DNA from: Okamejei kenojei
Taxonomy: Eukaryota
Direction of reading: 5' to 3'
NCBI GenBank assembly: GCA_035221665.1
Contig: CM069151.1
Location: forward strand, 31,310,001-31,374,000
DNA: 64,000 nucleotides
The position numbers and the translations under genes are program-made. Shown in pieces: positions 29,426 to 43,568 of the stretch. The first letter of the stretch is position 1; each line of letters opens with the position of its first letter. The notes beneath the pieces are model-generated. The model was given only the letters and a program-made list of their open reading frames with translations, did not search any database and was not told the origin of the DNA.

Positions 29426-29632
29426 CACAAAATGCTGGAGTAACTCAAAGGGACAGGCATCTCTGGATAGAAGGAATGAGTGATGTTTCGGATCAAGACC
29501 CTTCTTCTGTATGAGTGTGCAGAAAGGCCTTGACCCACGACGTCACCCATTCCTTCTATCTGCCTGTCCTGCTGAGTTACTCCAGCATTTTGTGCCTATC
29601 TTAAGCCAGCATCTGCAGTTCCGTCCTACACA
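29426..29632. mobile_element. 207-bp fold-back Penelope-derived element with 13-bp TSD
   Basis: TCACAAAATTAAA at 29413-29425 and 29633-29645. Inverted arms ~29426-29510 and ~29519-29594, each a pLTR end with a decayed hammerhead motif. Confidence 0.8.
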
Positions 29633-29734
29633 TCACAAAATTAAATCTAGATCTTAGTCATCTGCAATATAATATCCAAGAAAATAATATCCATTTATAT
29701 AAAAAAGAATCTCCATGTTCATTTTTCAAGGTCA

Positions 29735-32700
29735 CAGAGGAGCGGCAGGTGAAGGAGTGAGTGCGGGGATTGGCTGAGAAGTTAATCTCTTGGGGAGTTT
29801 TCAGTTTTTTTCAGGAGCGGGTGATTTAAAAACCTGTCGGGGCCAGCCTGCAACACATACCTTCAAGGTCGGGAGAGGAGCGGCAGGTGAGGAGTGAGTG
29901 CGGGGATTGGCTAGGAATTTAATTAGCAAATTAGTAAGTTAGCGAATTAGTAGATTTATCAGCTAATATAAGCAAAGTTTGCTCTTGGGGAGCGGCCTTG
30001 TCGAGGGAAGTGCCTTGTGAGAAAAGTGCAAGTCTTTGGCACGAGAGTCTTCGGCAAGGAGACTGAGGGAGGAGACTACACCAAAAGTTGGAGAAGGTGA
30101 GATGCAGTGAAGGAATGACAGGTAAGCTGATTCAGTGTGATGCTTGCAGGATGTGGGAGGTCAGGGACACTGCTGGTGCCTCTGGCTGCTACAACTATGG
30201 AAAGTGTGTCCAGGTTCAGCTCCTGAAGGACCATGTTGGGGCACTGGAGAGGCAACTGGATTATCTCAGGATCATCCGGGAAAACGAGTTTCCTGGACAG
30301 GACCTACAGCGAGATTGTCACACCGAAGTAACCGGAAGAGAGAAGGTGGGTGAGGAAGCTTGGAGTACAGGATACCCCAGGGGATGTACCTCTTGAAAAC
30401 ATGTTCACCCTCTTGGAAGCTGTCGGGACAGAAGACACTGCCATTCTGAGTGGGGACAGGTCCGCGAGTCAAAACGTGGCACTGAAGCAGAGCCGAAGAG
30501 ACAGACGTCAAACAGAGACGTGGTAGTCTGGGACTCGTGAAGTCGTGAGAGGTCAAGACAGGGGTTTCTGTGGCAACAGACGTGATTCAAGGATGGTGTG
30601 TTCCTCCCTGGTGCCAGGATCCAGGACTTCACGGACCGATCAAGGGTGAAAGTGAGCAGCCGGAAGCGGTAGTGCATGTCGGCACAAATGACATCGGGAA
30701 AAAGTGAAAAGAGATTCTGCAGCGTGACTTTAGAGAGCTCGGAAGAAGGCTGAAAAGCAGGAACTTCAGGGTGGTTATTTCCGGTTTGCTTCCAGTTCCT
30801 CATGCTGGTGAGGGTAGGAACAAGGAGGTAGAGGATCTGAATGTGTGGCTGAGGAGCTGGTGCAGGGATTTAGATTCTATACCACTGGGATCTGTGTTGT
30901 GGTTTGGGCAATTGTACAAAAGGGACAGATTGCACCTTAACAGGTGGGTGACCAGCATTCTGGCAGGCAGGTTTGCCACTGCTACACGGGTGGGTTTAAA
31001 CGAAATAATTGTGGGGAGGAGACAAATTGGAAATACAAGGATGGAGTTAAAGGAAAGAGAATATAGGATAACTTAAGAAAGAGACCAAAATTAACAATGC
31101 AGAAAGCTCACAAAGGCTTAGAAGAGTATGGACAAGTGAAATAGGAATTGATGTGAAAGGTGAGGTGAGTAATGGATTAAAAGCATTATATATGAATGCA
31201 CAAAGTATTAGAAATAAAGTGGATGAGCTTGAGGCTCAGTTAAAAATTGGCTAGTATGATGTTGTGGGAATTACAGAGACATGGCTGCAAGAGGACCAGG
31301 GCTGGGAACTGAATATTCAGGGTTATACGTCCTATCGTCAAGACACAGTGGGCAGAGGGGGTGGGGTAGCTCTGTTGGTAAGGAATGAAATTCAGTCCCT
31401 TGCGAGGGGGGTGACATAGAATCAGGAGGTTGAGTCAGTATGGATAGAACTAAGGAATTATAAGGGTAAAATGACCCTAATGGGAGTTATCTACAGGCCC
31501 CCAGACAGTAGCCTGGATATAGGGTGCAAGTTGAATCAAGAGTTAAAATTGGCATGTTACAAAGGTATTGCTACAGCGGTTATGGGAGATTTCAACATGC
31601 TGGTAGACTGGGAAAATCAGGTTGGTACTGGACCCTAAGAAAGGGAGTTTGTAGAGTGCCTCCGAGATGGATTCTTAGAGCAGCTTGTACTGGAGCCTAC
31701 CAGGGAGAAGGCAATTCTGGATTTAGTGTTGTGTAATTAATTTGATAAGGGAACTCGAGGTAAAGGAGCCATTGGGAGGTAATGGTAGACAAGTTGAACA
31801 GGTACTTTGGATCTGTCTTCATTAAGGAAGACACAAACAATCTCCCAGATGTACTAGTGGCCAGAGGACCTAGGGTGACAGAGGAACTGAAGGAAATTCA
31901 CATTAGGCTGGAAATGGTGTTGGGTAGACTGATGGGATTGAAGGCTGATAAAACCCCAGGGCCTGATGGTCTGCATCCCAGGGTACTTAAGGATTTGGCT
32001 CTAGAAATCATCGATGCATTGGTGATCATTTTCTATAGATTCTATAGAATTCAGTTCTATAGATTCAGGATCAGTTCCTGTGGATTGGAGGGTTGCTAAT
32101 GTTATCCCACTTTTTAAGAAAGGAGGAAGAGAGAAAACAGGGAATTATAGACTAGTTAGCCTGACATCGGTGGCGGGGAAGATGCTGGTGTCAATTATAA
32201 AAGATGAAATAGTGGCACATTTGGATAGCAGTAACAGGATCGGTCCGAGTCAGCATGGATTTACGAAGGAGAAATCATGCTTGACTAATCTTCTGAATTT
32301 TTTTGCGGATGTAACTAGGAAAATGGACAAGGGAGAGCCAGTGGATGTGGTGTTACTGGACTTTCAGAAAGTCTTTGATAAGGTTCCACATAGGAGATTA
32401 GTGGGCAAAATTAGAGCACATGGTATTGGGGGTAGGGTACTGACATGGATAGAAAAGTGGTTGGCAGGAAACAAAGAGTAGCGATTAACAGGTCCCTTTC
32501 AGAATGGCAGGTAGTGACTAGTGGGCTTGGTGCTGGAACCGCAGCTATTTACAATATACATGCATGATTTAGATGAATGGATTAAAAGTAACATTAGCAA
32601 ATTTGCAGATGGCACAAAGCTGGGTGACAGTGTGAACTGTGAGGAGGATGCAATGAGAATGCAGGGTGACTTGGACAGGTTGGGTGAGTGGGCAGATTCA

Positions 32701-33313
32701 TGGCAGATCCAGTTTAATGTGGATAAATGTGAGGTTATCCACTTTGGTGGCAAGAACAGGAAGGCAGATTATTACCTGAATGGTGTCAAGTTAGGAAAAG
32801 GGAAAGTGCAACGAGATCTGGGTGTCCTTGTTCATCAGTCACTGAAAGTAAGCATGCAGGTACAGCAGGCAGTTAAGAAAGCTTAATGGCATGTTGGCCT
32901 TCATAACAAGAGGAGTTGAATATAGGAGCTAAGAGGTCCTTCTGCAGATGTACAGGGCCCTAGTGAGACCACACCTGGAGTATTGTGCGCAGTTTTGGCC
33001 TTCAAATTTGAGGAAGGACATTCTTGCTGTTGAGAGAGTGCAGTGTTGGTTCATGAGGTTAATTCCCAGGATGGCAGGTCTGTCATATGTTGAAAGAATG
33101 GAGCGACTGGCCTTGTATACACTGGAATTTAGAAGGATGAAAGGGGATCTTATTGAAACATAAGATTAATAAGGGATTGGACATGCTGAAGGCAGGAAAC
33201 ATGTTCCTGATGTTGAAGTAGTCCTGAACCAGGGGCCACAGTTTAAGAATAAGGGGTTGGCCATTTAGAACGGAGATGAGGAAAAACGTTTTCACCCAGA
33301 GAGTTGTGAATCT
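29735..33313 (+). mobile_element. CR1 LINE retaining 5'UTR, zinc-finger/esterase ORF1 and internally deleted ORF2, 3'-truncated
   Basis: ORF1 has QCDACRMWE...KCVQVQLLKDHV, VVHVGTND and DRLHLN. ORF2 has YMNA, ITETW, GPDGLHPRVLK, SQHGF and KFADGTK. Duplicated ~40-bp 5'UTR unit at 29736 and 29874; EN-RT deletion at ~31780. Confidence 0.9.
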
Positions 33314-33778
33314 GAACCTGGTCTGACAAAAATACCACAATTGTGTTCCGAGAACAAATGCCTATCCACATAATGTGCTCTTGATCTCAAACGACATACC
33401 AGGAGGAGGGAAATTTAATGGCAATATCAACACCAAATATCAGTTTAATTTAATAAAGTAATTATCTGTGCCTTTCATTGGGAATGATGCATTGTGTGTC
33501 AGGTGAAAGAGAAATTACACAAATACATAAATCAATATTAATAATTTAATAAAAATATGCTCCAAACCTGCTCAGTGGTCATTATTAGAGAAATATAGAT
33601 GTTCTGTACACTACAATTGAACATGTTAAAAACTGGTTGCTTCTTTAAAGTTAGCATATTTTAATACATGCTAAAAAAAGTTAACCCCCAATGATTGGAA
33701 TGAGAGAAAGTTAAAATGTTTACTTTTTCTTGCCAAAATAAAGGAATTTGTCAGAAGAGTATATGGAACACAGAGTGT

Positions 33779-34118
33779 ATAAAAGGGCACATGCATCTTA
33801 GCTAGCACCCAATTTTCTCAATGAAGAGAATGGATATTATCTGCGTTTTTCTGCAAAACTATCCTGCTAATATCCTCCACCCTGCCATCAATATGCCCTT
33901 GGAGGATATTAGCAGTAATTCCATATCTGCACTGGAAATCAGAACTAAAAAAATGCATTGTATCGCAATGCTAGTACTAGTATAAAGAAGAGATTTCTAC
34001 CCAATAATACTCTTTATTACTCGGAAAAATATAAAAGGGCACATACATCTTAGCAAGCTCACAATTTTTTCAATGAAGAGAATGGATATTATTTGTGTTT
34101 TTCTGCAAAACTATCATG
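33779..34118. repeat. ~85-bp direct repeat pair (33779-33863, 34031-34114) bracketing a perfect 16-bp hairpin
   Basis: ataaaagggcacat...ttctgcaaaactatc occurs twice. Stem CTGCTAATATCCTCCA 33864-33879 pairs with 33900-33915. Confidence 0.85.
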
Positions 34119-34582
34119 ATGGATTTGATTCATTGCAGCTGCAAGAATTCTAAGAATTGGAAAAGTACCCCACCCATTTGTTTGTGGCCACTTACTTTCT
34201 TATCCTCCTTCCTGGAAAGCTGCCCTGTCACGTTTCCAGAAAACTAGAATGAAATTGTGTCTCCTAGCCAACTGTCTATGACGATATATTGCAACATTAA
34301 CTAAACAGTGTCAATCTTAGGCGGCACAAGCGGCTCTCTGATCTGAAATCAGAAATGAACAGTTTCTCACTGTGGTCCCTTCTTTCATTAGCCATGATAA
34401 CTTCCAGCACTCATCTGCCAGGGAAGTGGAAATTCCTGAAGCATAGTATCCCTGACTTGGCCACTAGGCACAACCAAAAGCTTTACTCTGTAAAGAAAGC
34501 CATTTCTGAAGCACTCTAAGGATCCTCGATGGAGTTATTGTGGAATGCAGATGCATTTAGATTCAAAATTTGACAATGTTCA

Positions 34583-34720
<138 letters not shown>

Positions 34721-35184
34721 CTATGAAACAAAAGGCAAGTTGTTTAACTATTCCTTGAAGTTGCAACAAGGAACAGAAAACATAATTATAATCTATCATT
34801 AAATAGTAGGGTTGTTGAAAAGTTTGCTTCAGATTTAATGTACATTTAAACAAAAACATTATTGCCCAGGTCTATTACACCAGGCGCATATTACACCAAA
34901 ATATCAGTTGAATCTTATTAGCATATGTTGAAACAAAAAACACATCGCCATAGTCCCTTTGGACACTATTTTGAGTAAACTCTTAAAACCTTTCAAATTA
35001 TTAGGTAGCCAAATGAAAGCCTTGTATATGCATAGCACCATTATCTCTTTCACTTTGGCCGAAAATTTTTTATAGCCAATGGAGCACTTCTGAAATATAG
35101 ACAGAGTTTTAACAAATTCAGCAGCAAAACTGTTTTCACTAGGTTTGGGCAAAGAGGAACGATATAATGCCCAAATAATGAACC

Positions 35185-35400
35185 TTAATGATGTGGATTA
35201 AAATAGAAATATTGGCCAAGTCACCAAATACACCCCATTTCTTTTCCCCAGGCCATGGCATTTTCCATTTCTGCTCGACGCAGTAAACCAGGCCTCACTT
35301 TAGCACCTAACATGAAGGATGACCCTTCTGACAATACTTCCTCAGCTTACTAGCATTCTTTTTATATTTAACCCTCTTTTCAAGTACTAGAATCCTGAAA
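35185..35400 (-). mobile_element. Ancient Deu-domain SINE remnant (SacSINE1/AmnSINE1-like)
   Basis: Blocks aaatattggcca..cacc, gccatgg, ggcctc..ttta and gaa.ga.g.c.cttctgaca are colinear with the reverse complement of the Deu core as recalled. Confidence 0.5.
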
Positions 35401-35943
35401 CTTTGCGGCATGGGCAACCAAGGACACAGAGGTTAATAGAGGGAAATTGGGAAACTTTATTGAAGCAGAGAAGGTTTAAGAGGGGATTTCATAAGAATGT
35501 CCAAATTCCAAGGGGCCTTCTGAAGTAAACAGGAAAAACTACACATTGGTCAAAGAGTTGGTAAACATAAACTGAAGATTATTATTAAATATATAAAAGT
35601 TAATTTATCTTTAGGACATAAAAAGTGTCCAGCTACAGACCGTGACAAAATGGGAGTCAAAGAAGCAACATTTTAAAAACACATGCAGTCAAGTGAGACA
35701 AAGTGAACAGCTATATTACAAGGTCTGTGCAGGGACAACTATCTTACTAAAGTTGCCAAAAATTACTCATTTATCTCTGGGTTAATTTATCTAGTCATGT
35801 TCATACATCAAATTCAGCTTCTTTGACTTCTTGTTCCTGGCCAAGCATGGTAACATATGATTAGAGTAATTTCATAAACTTAGGTTCTAATATATTAAAG
35901 TAACTGAGAAATATAACACGTCAATCAAGATTAATCATAATCA

Positions 35944-36240
<297 letters not shown>

Positions 36241-36942
36241 TTAGATGATTAAAGAATAGTAAAGTTACACATCTTCAAAACAAAAGAATTGTGGAATCAT
36301 TATCTGTGAATCATACAAATTCAGGATGAAAAACGAAAATTAAATTCACTAGAACATCAGAGCCTGTTAGACTAAATAAAATTCCAATACTTCTAATACA
36401 TGTTCAGAGCAACTGTATTATCAGCTAATGGAAGATAACTTTTTTCCCAAAATCTAAGCTGAATTTTGTGCTTGCATTTTCATTTCCTGCTTCCCGCTAT
36501 TTCAATCCGAATCATTTACGGGTGTTCCCCAGGTTATTGACACCCAACTTATTAATAGCCCTACATATGACAGGCTTCCATAATATTATTACATTATATT
36601 ACAGTTTCCATTAAAATTAAATTCAAAAGTTTCCATAATATTATTAAATTCAAAGGTCAACTTTACACATTTGTTTATTCCTACAAATGACAGAAACAGT
36701 TTCCTCTTTCTTGAGTTTTAGTAATTGTTCTTTCTTAACAATCTCGTGCTTTTTATGCCATTCATTACTAAGCTGTGGAGTGATTTTTGTACTCTTTACG
36801 ATTTACGGAGAAAAATCTACTTCTGGACTCTGCAAAAACAGAACCCGTTCATTGACTGGAAACAGCCTGCATTGCATTCCATTGCTAATTAGTACTTAAA
36901 GTGGGCAGTAAACAGGAGAGAAAATCCTTTGAACTGTAGTCA

Positions 36943-37080
<138 letters not shown>

Positions 37081-37529
37081 CTAGAAAAGGACAGATGTTA
37101 TTTAAAAAGCATACTATATAATAATTTTTGAATCTTTGATTTGTTTTTTGTGTAAGCATTGTTTATTGCCTGCAGCTCTCACACGAACACCATCTCACTT
37201 TTACTTTTAACACCAATTGGACATACCATTCTTAAAATCAATAAATTACAACATTTCTTAGTAAAATACATGAACTAAGTCCACTAGATCTATTTGTAAA
37301 TACACAATCTAAATTTACCCTGGTGACATGGCTGTTTTCTTTAGTATTTTTTCCCCATCTCCCTGGCATGGACTTTTAGTAAATATGTTGCGTAACAACA
37401 TTTTGAGTTAATTTTTCCAAACTTTTCTTTTGTGTTACTGCCATGGAATTCAGATCCTTAAAAACAATCCACAGCCAATTAGTGGTGAACTAGACTTCAA
37501 CTGTGAAATGCCAGGTACAATTGGGGGGG

Positions 37530-37860
37530 TTTGTTGATACAATGGTTAATATTGCAAGCTACGCTCCCGGAAATAGTTCAATCCTGAGTTCAGGCACTGT
37601 ACATGCAGAATTTATGTGCACTCATGACGTATTAGGCTTCCTCTCATACATGCCGATAGAATAACTGGCTATGATAAATTACCCTTTAGGTGCAGGTTAA
37701 TGGAAAAGGGAAGTAGAGAGGAATTGAGGAGTAGATGAGAGAAACGAATAACTTGCAGGAGAACAGGGAAATAAAGGGAGGTGGGATGACTGGGACAGTT
37801 TCCTTGGGAGCAGGGATGAACCAGATGTGCAGATTATCACCTCTATAACACAGGAGAAAA
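37530..37860 (+). mobile_element. Degenerate tRNA-derived V-SINE (HE1-like)
   Basis: B-box-like gttcaatcc, core-like ...ttcctctcata...taaattaccc, CR1-like tail. Confidence 0.5.
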
Positions 37861-38726
37861 TAACATGTCACAAAAGTAATAATCAAATGTCATGTTCAAC
37901 TTAAACAGTGCAGCCATCTTAACCAATATCTTTAATAAGTTCATGGCTTCAAGGTCCCTAATGTCAACAACCTTGAGTTCACCACTGAGAAAAGACTTCA
38001 GAGTTTCTGCCATACCAACAACATAGACGTGACAACAGGACAGGAACCAGAAACTCCACAATGAATTTCTCTATGAACCCCAAAGCCTCAATGAGTAGAA
38101 GAATGGAATTTGCATCACTTGACCAGATGGATGAAGCAACAAAAGCACACAAATTAGGGTAGAACTATTCATTTGAATGTCTTGCCTGTACTAAACATTT
38201 TACTTGCGATGCTCCTTCTGGTCAAGGCACACTGCATATCATTTACAAGATGGTTAAAGCAAACTGTTAAAGTTCCTTACACAATTCTTCAGAACATGGA
38301 AGGAGAAAAAAGCTTATTAGGCTAGAAGGAAATTGGGAAAGGGGATGTCTATGATAAACCCAGGGCGAGCAAGAAGATAAGCTGTGAACAAGCAACACTT
38401 GCCCAACATGAACATTTATCATTATTGTTCATTGTCACTTGGTCACTACCCTGGAATTTCCTGCCAAACACCAAAGAAGGCACTATCACCACAAGATTAC
38501 ATCAATTTTGCAAGGTGGGCCAACTGCATCTACTCATGATAGCTAAACATTGATAAGTTGGCATGGTCTTGCTCAGGCTATGAAAATAATTAGAAAAAAC
38601 AAAAACTGATTTGTAACAACTGTACATGTCTATACAATATCACCACATCCCCCCCCCTCGCCTCAGCAAAATTATTTAAAAAAACAGGATGCAATTGTAT
38701 AACTGCAGACTTTAAATCTTAATCTA

Positions 38727-39014
<288 letters not shown>

Positions 39015-39089
39015 TCAGAATTAAATATATGCATCACTCCATTTAATATGATCATCAGAATTGTTTCATGACATCTTAGTGATGGTGAT

Positions 39090-39351
39090 GGGGCTGCCGC
39101 GAGCGGCCGGCTGGCGGCAAGAAACGTCGCCGTGTCACTGATCGCGCGGGCCGGCGCCGCCCGGGCTCTGGGCCGGGCGTGGCTGCGAGCTGCCGGGCTG
39201 GCAAACCGGGGGCACATGGCGCCGGCGTTCACCACGGGAGGAACACCGGCGCGGCGGTGTTCCGTAACAACATGTTTGGCTGCCGGAACACCGTAATATG
39301 GTTATTTCGCCGGGACAAAATACGGCGAATCCGGGACACTTGGCACCTCTG
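39090..39351. mobile_element. CpG-dense insert, probable non-autonomous hAT-like DNA transposon fragment
   Basis: Abrupt GC/CpG-rich block in an AT-rich intron, with repeated ccgg motifs and the end ccgggacacttggcacctctg. Confidence 0.45.
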
Positions 39352-39491
39352 CCATTGAAGTAAATTTAAAATATTAACACACCTATCTGCCTAGCATTTA
39401 CTTAGATAATGTAACACACTGATCTTTCATGATAAAATAAATGCTAATAGGTGTTAGGTATTGGATTTATCATCAATGCCATTGTTGCTCA

Positions 39492-39746
<255 letters not shown>

Positions 39747-41394
39747 CTATTTAAAATATGAAAATGAGCAAAGCCACATAAATAAAACAGTTCAGCAGAA
39801 TTTACTCCTCACATTAATACAAGTCTTATGCATTGGCATTCAACAAGATCTGAACATTTACTCATTCGTCAAGAAATGACTGTTCAGAGAGACATCTTAC
39901 AAGTGAAAAGCTGGCCACAAAAGCATTGACTTCTTATGAAATGTCCCAGCTCACTCTATCACTTCCCATCTTGTATACTCCTTCCTGCTTGCCACATCAC
40001 CTTGGATTGATCCAGTTTTCCCAAACTGAGACCTAACAACACTATATCCCACCACATCATTCTTGATCCTCCACTCTGCTCCCCTACTATAATATCAATT
40101 TCTATAGCCTATAACACAACCTGCCATGACTAAACAGGTGATCATCAATAATGATAACCCCACAATTCATTGTTTGAATTCCAAAAGAAAAAGTCCTTTC
40201 TTGAGCAACTTCGAAATTATCCATACTAGAAACAACCCCAGACTGCAACACATTCCCATCAAAATCACTCCACTATTACCGGAACAGCAAGATAACATTC
40301 TGCTGCACTGTTATGTTAAAATTGATTGCATACTAAGCAATGGAAGTTGGAAGGTGAAACAAATTCTTACTGACTTTGGGATTCTTCCAGTCCCTAACCA
40401 TAGCTGAATTTCCCCAGCTGGTGCATACAAATGTTTATCTGGGTTTCGTAAGATTTTGTTTTTACCTCTCCTTTAACCACTGGATTCCAGACCATCAAGT
40501 GGAAGGGGGCAGTAGGGCTCTGGAACCATTAACAAGGATCTAGTTTCCTCAGAGAGACCTCTATCTGCCTCAGAAATACACCTGCAGAAGACATTATTCT
40601 TAGCACTTTCTCTTTCAGGTGCTGTTTAAGGCCTCATGGGTTCTTTGCATTGACACGATGGTTTTGAGTCTCTCAATGTATACACAGTGCCCTATCCAGG
40701 AGGCCAGGATTGGAAGGAATAGAGTGGTAGGAAGAAGTTCTAATATCATTGGAATCCCATTTGGAGAGGAGGACCTCCGCATACTTGATTAATTGCTCTG
40801 CCCTAGTCTGTTGTCTTCAGATCTACTGGAGAATCATGTTGTATCACTGAACATAGGAGACACAGCCAGAGACCTGCTGTTGTCCCCAACCTGCATTATT
40901 TGTCCTGGTAGGTTTTTGGTCAGAAACAAAGATCATTGATGGTCTAATGTTGAACTAAATTCATTTGTCAGAAATAAATATATGCATCACTTTATTTAAT
41001 ATGATCATAAAAATTGTTTTGTACCTTCTTATGGTGGCAATGTGATTTAATGGCAAAATACGAAAGATTTGACTTATTGGAAATGATCATTGCCTACATT
41101 TGTATAGCATTTTATTTGTCATTTATCAGCTGATGTCTGATCTTAAGGGCATGCCAGCCGACATGGGTCATTTCATATTCTAAAGTGACGCAAATGGAAT
41201 TGAACATTATCCCAAGGAACATTTGCAGTCCTGGCACCAAGATAATTGACATAAACACAACAATCTTTCTTAAAGTGAAGGGAAACTCCAATCAAATCAG
41301 ATTCACTTGGCCCTATATGGACAGGACATTGCCAGAAAGATTCCAGTGCTATAATTATGTTACAACAGCTGGTTAGAGACACAGGCACAGGTAT

Positions 41395-41488
41395 CATTTC
41401 TTGATCTCACCGTCTCCATCAAAGGAGACAGACTATCAACTGACATCTATTATAAACCCACTGACTCCCACAGATATCTACACTATAT
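41395..41488 (+). mobile_element. Penelope RT C-terminal fragment
   Basis: Translates FLDLTVSIKGDRLSTDIYYKPTDSHRYLHY and is cut off by the LTR at 41491. Confidence 0.75.
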
Positions 41489-41490
41489 TT

Positions 41491-43568
41491 TGTCGTGGTT
41501 ACTGATACTCAAAATTAACTCGGGCGACGCAGAGAATTAGTGGCAAATCGAGGCTGGAACACTCAAAGAGTAAATCACTTGAGAGTTCACTCCAAAGAGC
41601 TGCCCCTTTTTATGGCATGTTTAACTCTGTATGTCCCACCCCCGGTGCATTTCCATACCCAATCACTTACAGACAATCCCTTATTGATAACCAATCACTT
41701 GCAAACAATCCCTTAGCAATAACCAATCACTTGCATTTACTTTTCTCCTCCTTCCCAGTTACAGTGGCTTGCAAATGTTTTCATACCCCTTGCACTTTTC
41801 CACATTTTGTCACATTACAACCACAAACGTAAATGTATTTTATTGGGATTTTATGTGATAGACCAACACAAAGTGATGCTTAATTGCGAAGTGGAAGGAA
41901 AATGATACATGGTTTCCAAATTTTTTTACAAATAAAAAACTGAAAAGTGTGGCGTGCAAAAGTATTCAGCCCTCCTGAGTCAATACTTTGTAGAACCACC
42001 TTTTGCTGCAATTACAGCTGCAAGTCTTTTGGGATATGTCTCTACCAGCTTTGCACATCTAGAGACTGAAATTTTTGCCCATTCTTCTTTGCAAAATAGC
42101 TCAAGCTCAGTCAGATTGGATGGAGCGCGTCTGTGAACAGCAATTTTCAAGTCTTGCCAGATATTCTCAATTGGATTTAGGTCTGGACTTTGACTGGGCC
42201 ATTCTAACTCATGAATATGCTTTGATCTAAACCATTCCATTGTAGTTCTGGCTGTATGTTTAGGGTCGTTGTCCTGTTGGAAGGTGAACCTCCGCCCCAG
42301 TCTCAAGTCTTTTGCAGACTAACAGGTTTTCTTCCAAGATTGCCCTGTATTTGGCTCCATCCATCTTCCCATGAACTCTGACCAGCTTCCCAGTCCCTGC
42401 TGAAGAAAAGCATCCCCACTGCATGATGCTGCCACCACCATGTTTCACAGTGGGGATGGTGTGTTCAGGGTGATGTGCAGTGTTAGTTTTCCGCCACACA
42501 TAGCGTTTTGCATTTAGGCCAAAAACTTCAATTTTAGTCCCATCAGACCAGAGCACCTTCCTCCACATGTTTGCTGTGTCCCCCACATGGCTTGTGGCAA
42601 ACGGGACTTCTTATGGCTTTGTTTCAACAATGGCTTTCTTCTTGCCACTCTTCCATAAAGGCCTGATTTGTGCCCGGCCTGTCAGTTTAGGTGGACGGCC
42701 ATGTCTTGGTAGGTTTGCAGTTGTGCCATACTCTTTCCATTTTCAGATGATGGGTTGAACAGTGCTCCATGAGATGTTCAAAGCTTGGGATATTTTTTTA
42801 TAACCTAACCCTGCTTTAAACCTCTCCACAACTTTATCCCTGACCTGTCTGGTGTGTTCCTTGGGCTTCATGATGCTGTTTGTTCACTAATTTTCTCTAA
42901 CAAACCTCTGAGGCCTTCACAGAACAGCTGTAAACAGATTAGATTACATACAAGTGGACTCTATTTACTAATTAGGTGACTTCTGAAGGCAATTGGTTGT
43001 ACTGGATTTTATTTAGGGGTATCAGAGTAAAGGGGGCTGAATACATTTGCACGCCACACTTTTCAGTTTTTTATTTGTAAAAATATTTGAAAACCATGTA
43101 TCATTTTGCTTCCACTTCACAATTATGCACCACTTTGTGTTGGTCAATCACATAGAATCCCAATAAAATACATTTATGTCTGTGGTTGTAATGTGACAAA
43201 ATGTGGAAAAGTTCAAGTGGTATGAAAACTTTTGCAAGCCACTGTATTTTCCATTCCATAATCCACCCTTATTTAAACCACGTGTCTTCCCCTTCTTGGG
43301 CCCTTATTTCTCTTAGCTAGGGATTGATACAGAGTTACAAAGGTCATATAACTGTCACAACTGATTTTCGCTAATGGCTGCAAGAGAATCTTGGGCCTCC
43401 CTTATCTCTTACAAAAACAATCAAACCAGAAAACAAGGGACAAAGGCCTTCACATAGAGCACAAACATGCAGAGTTTCCAAAGTTTTAAAATACAAAGTA
43501 TAGTTAAATATCTCAAGTATTACAAACACCAAGAATATAAAATATAAAGATACTACACTTCTATATAA
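41491..43568 (-). mobile_element. ERV 3' LTR (interrupted by Tc1)
   Basis: Starts TGT on the plus strand. Minus-strand TATA-like CATAAAAA at ~41607-41614; three ~32-bp CCAATCACTT repeats at 41659-41732. PPT (minus CAAAGGGGGGAA) abuts at 43569-43580. Confidence 0.7.
41762..43244 (-). mobile_element. Tc1 (Passport-like, IR/DR) DNA transposon, defective
   Basis: TA TSDs at 41760-41761 and 43245-43246; ~210-bp TIRs starting CAGTGGCTTGCAAA. Transposase 42871 to 41980 has [23 protein letters not shown] and AKGGSTKY, with an internal deletion and frameshifts. Confidence 0.95.

Noticed and set aside
40464-40582. Possible extra exon (cAG...GTaaaa on the minus strand)
   Set aside because: In-frame stops and no PHTF similarity; the flanking exons already join in frame.
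41659-41732. Three ~32-bp tandem repeats, superficially CRISPR-like
   Set aside because: No unique spacers and eukaryotic context; these are CCAAT-box repeats in an LTR U3.
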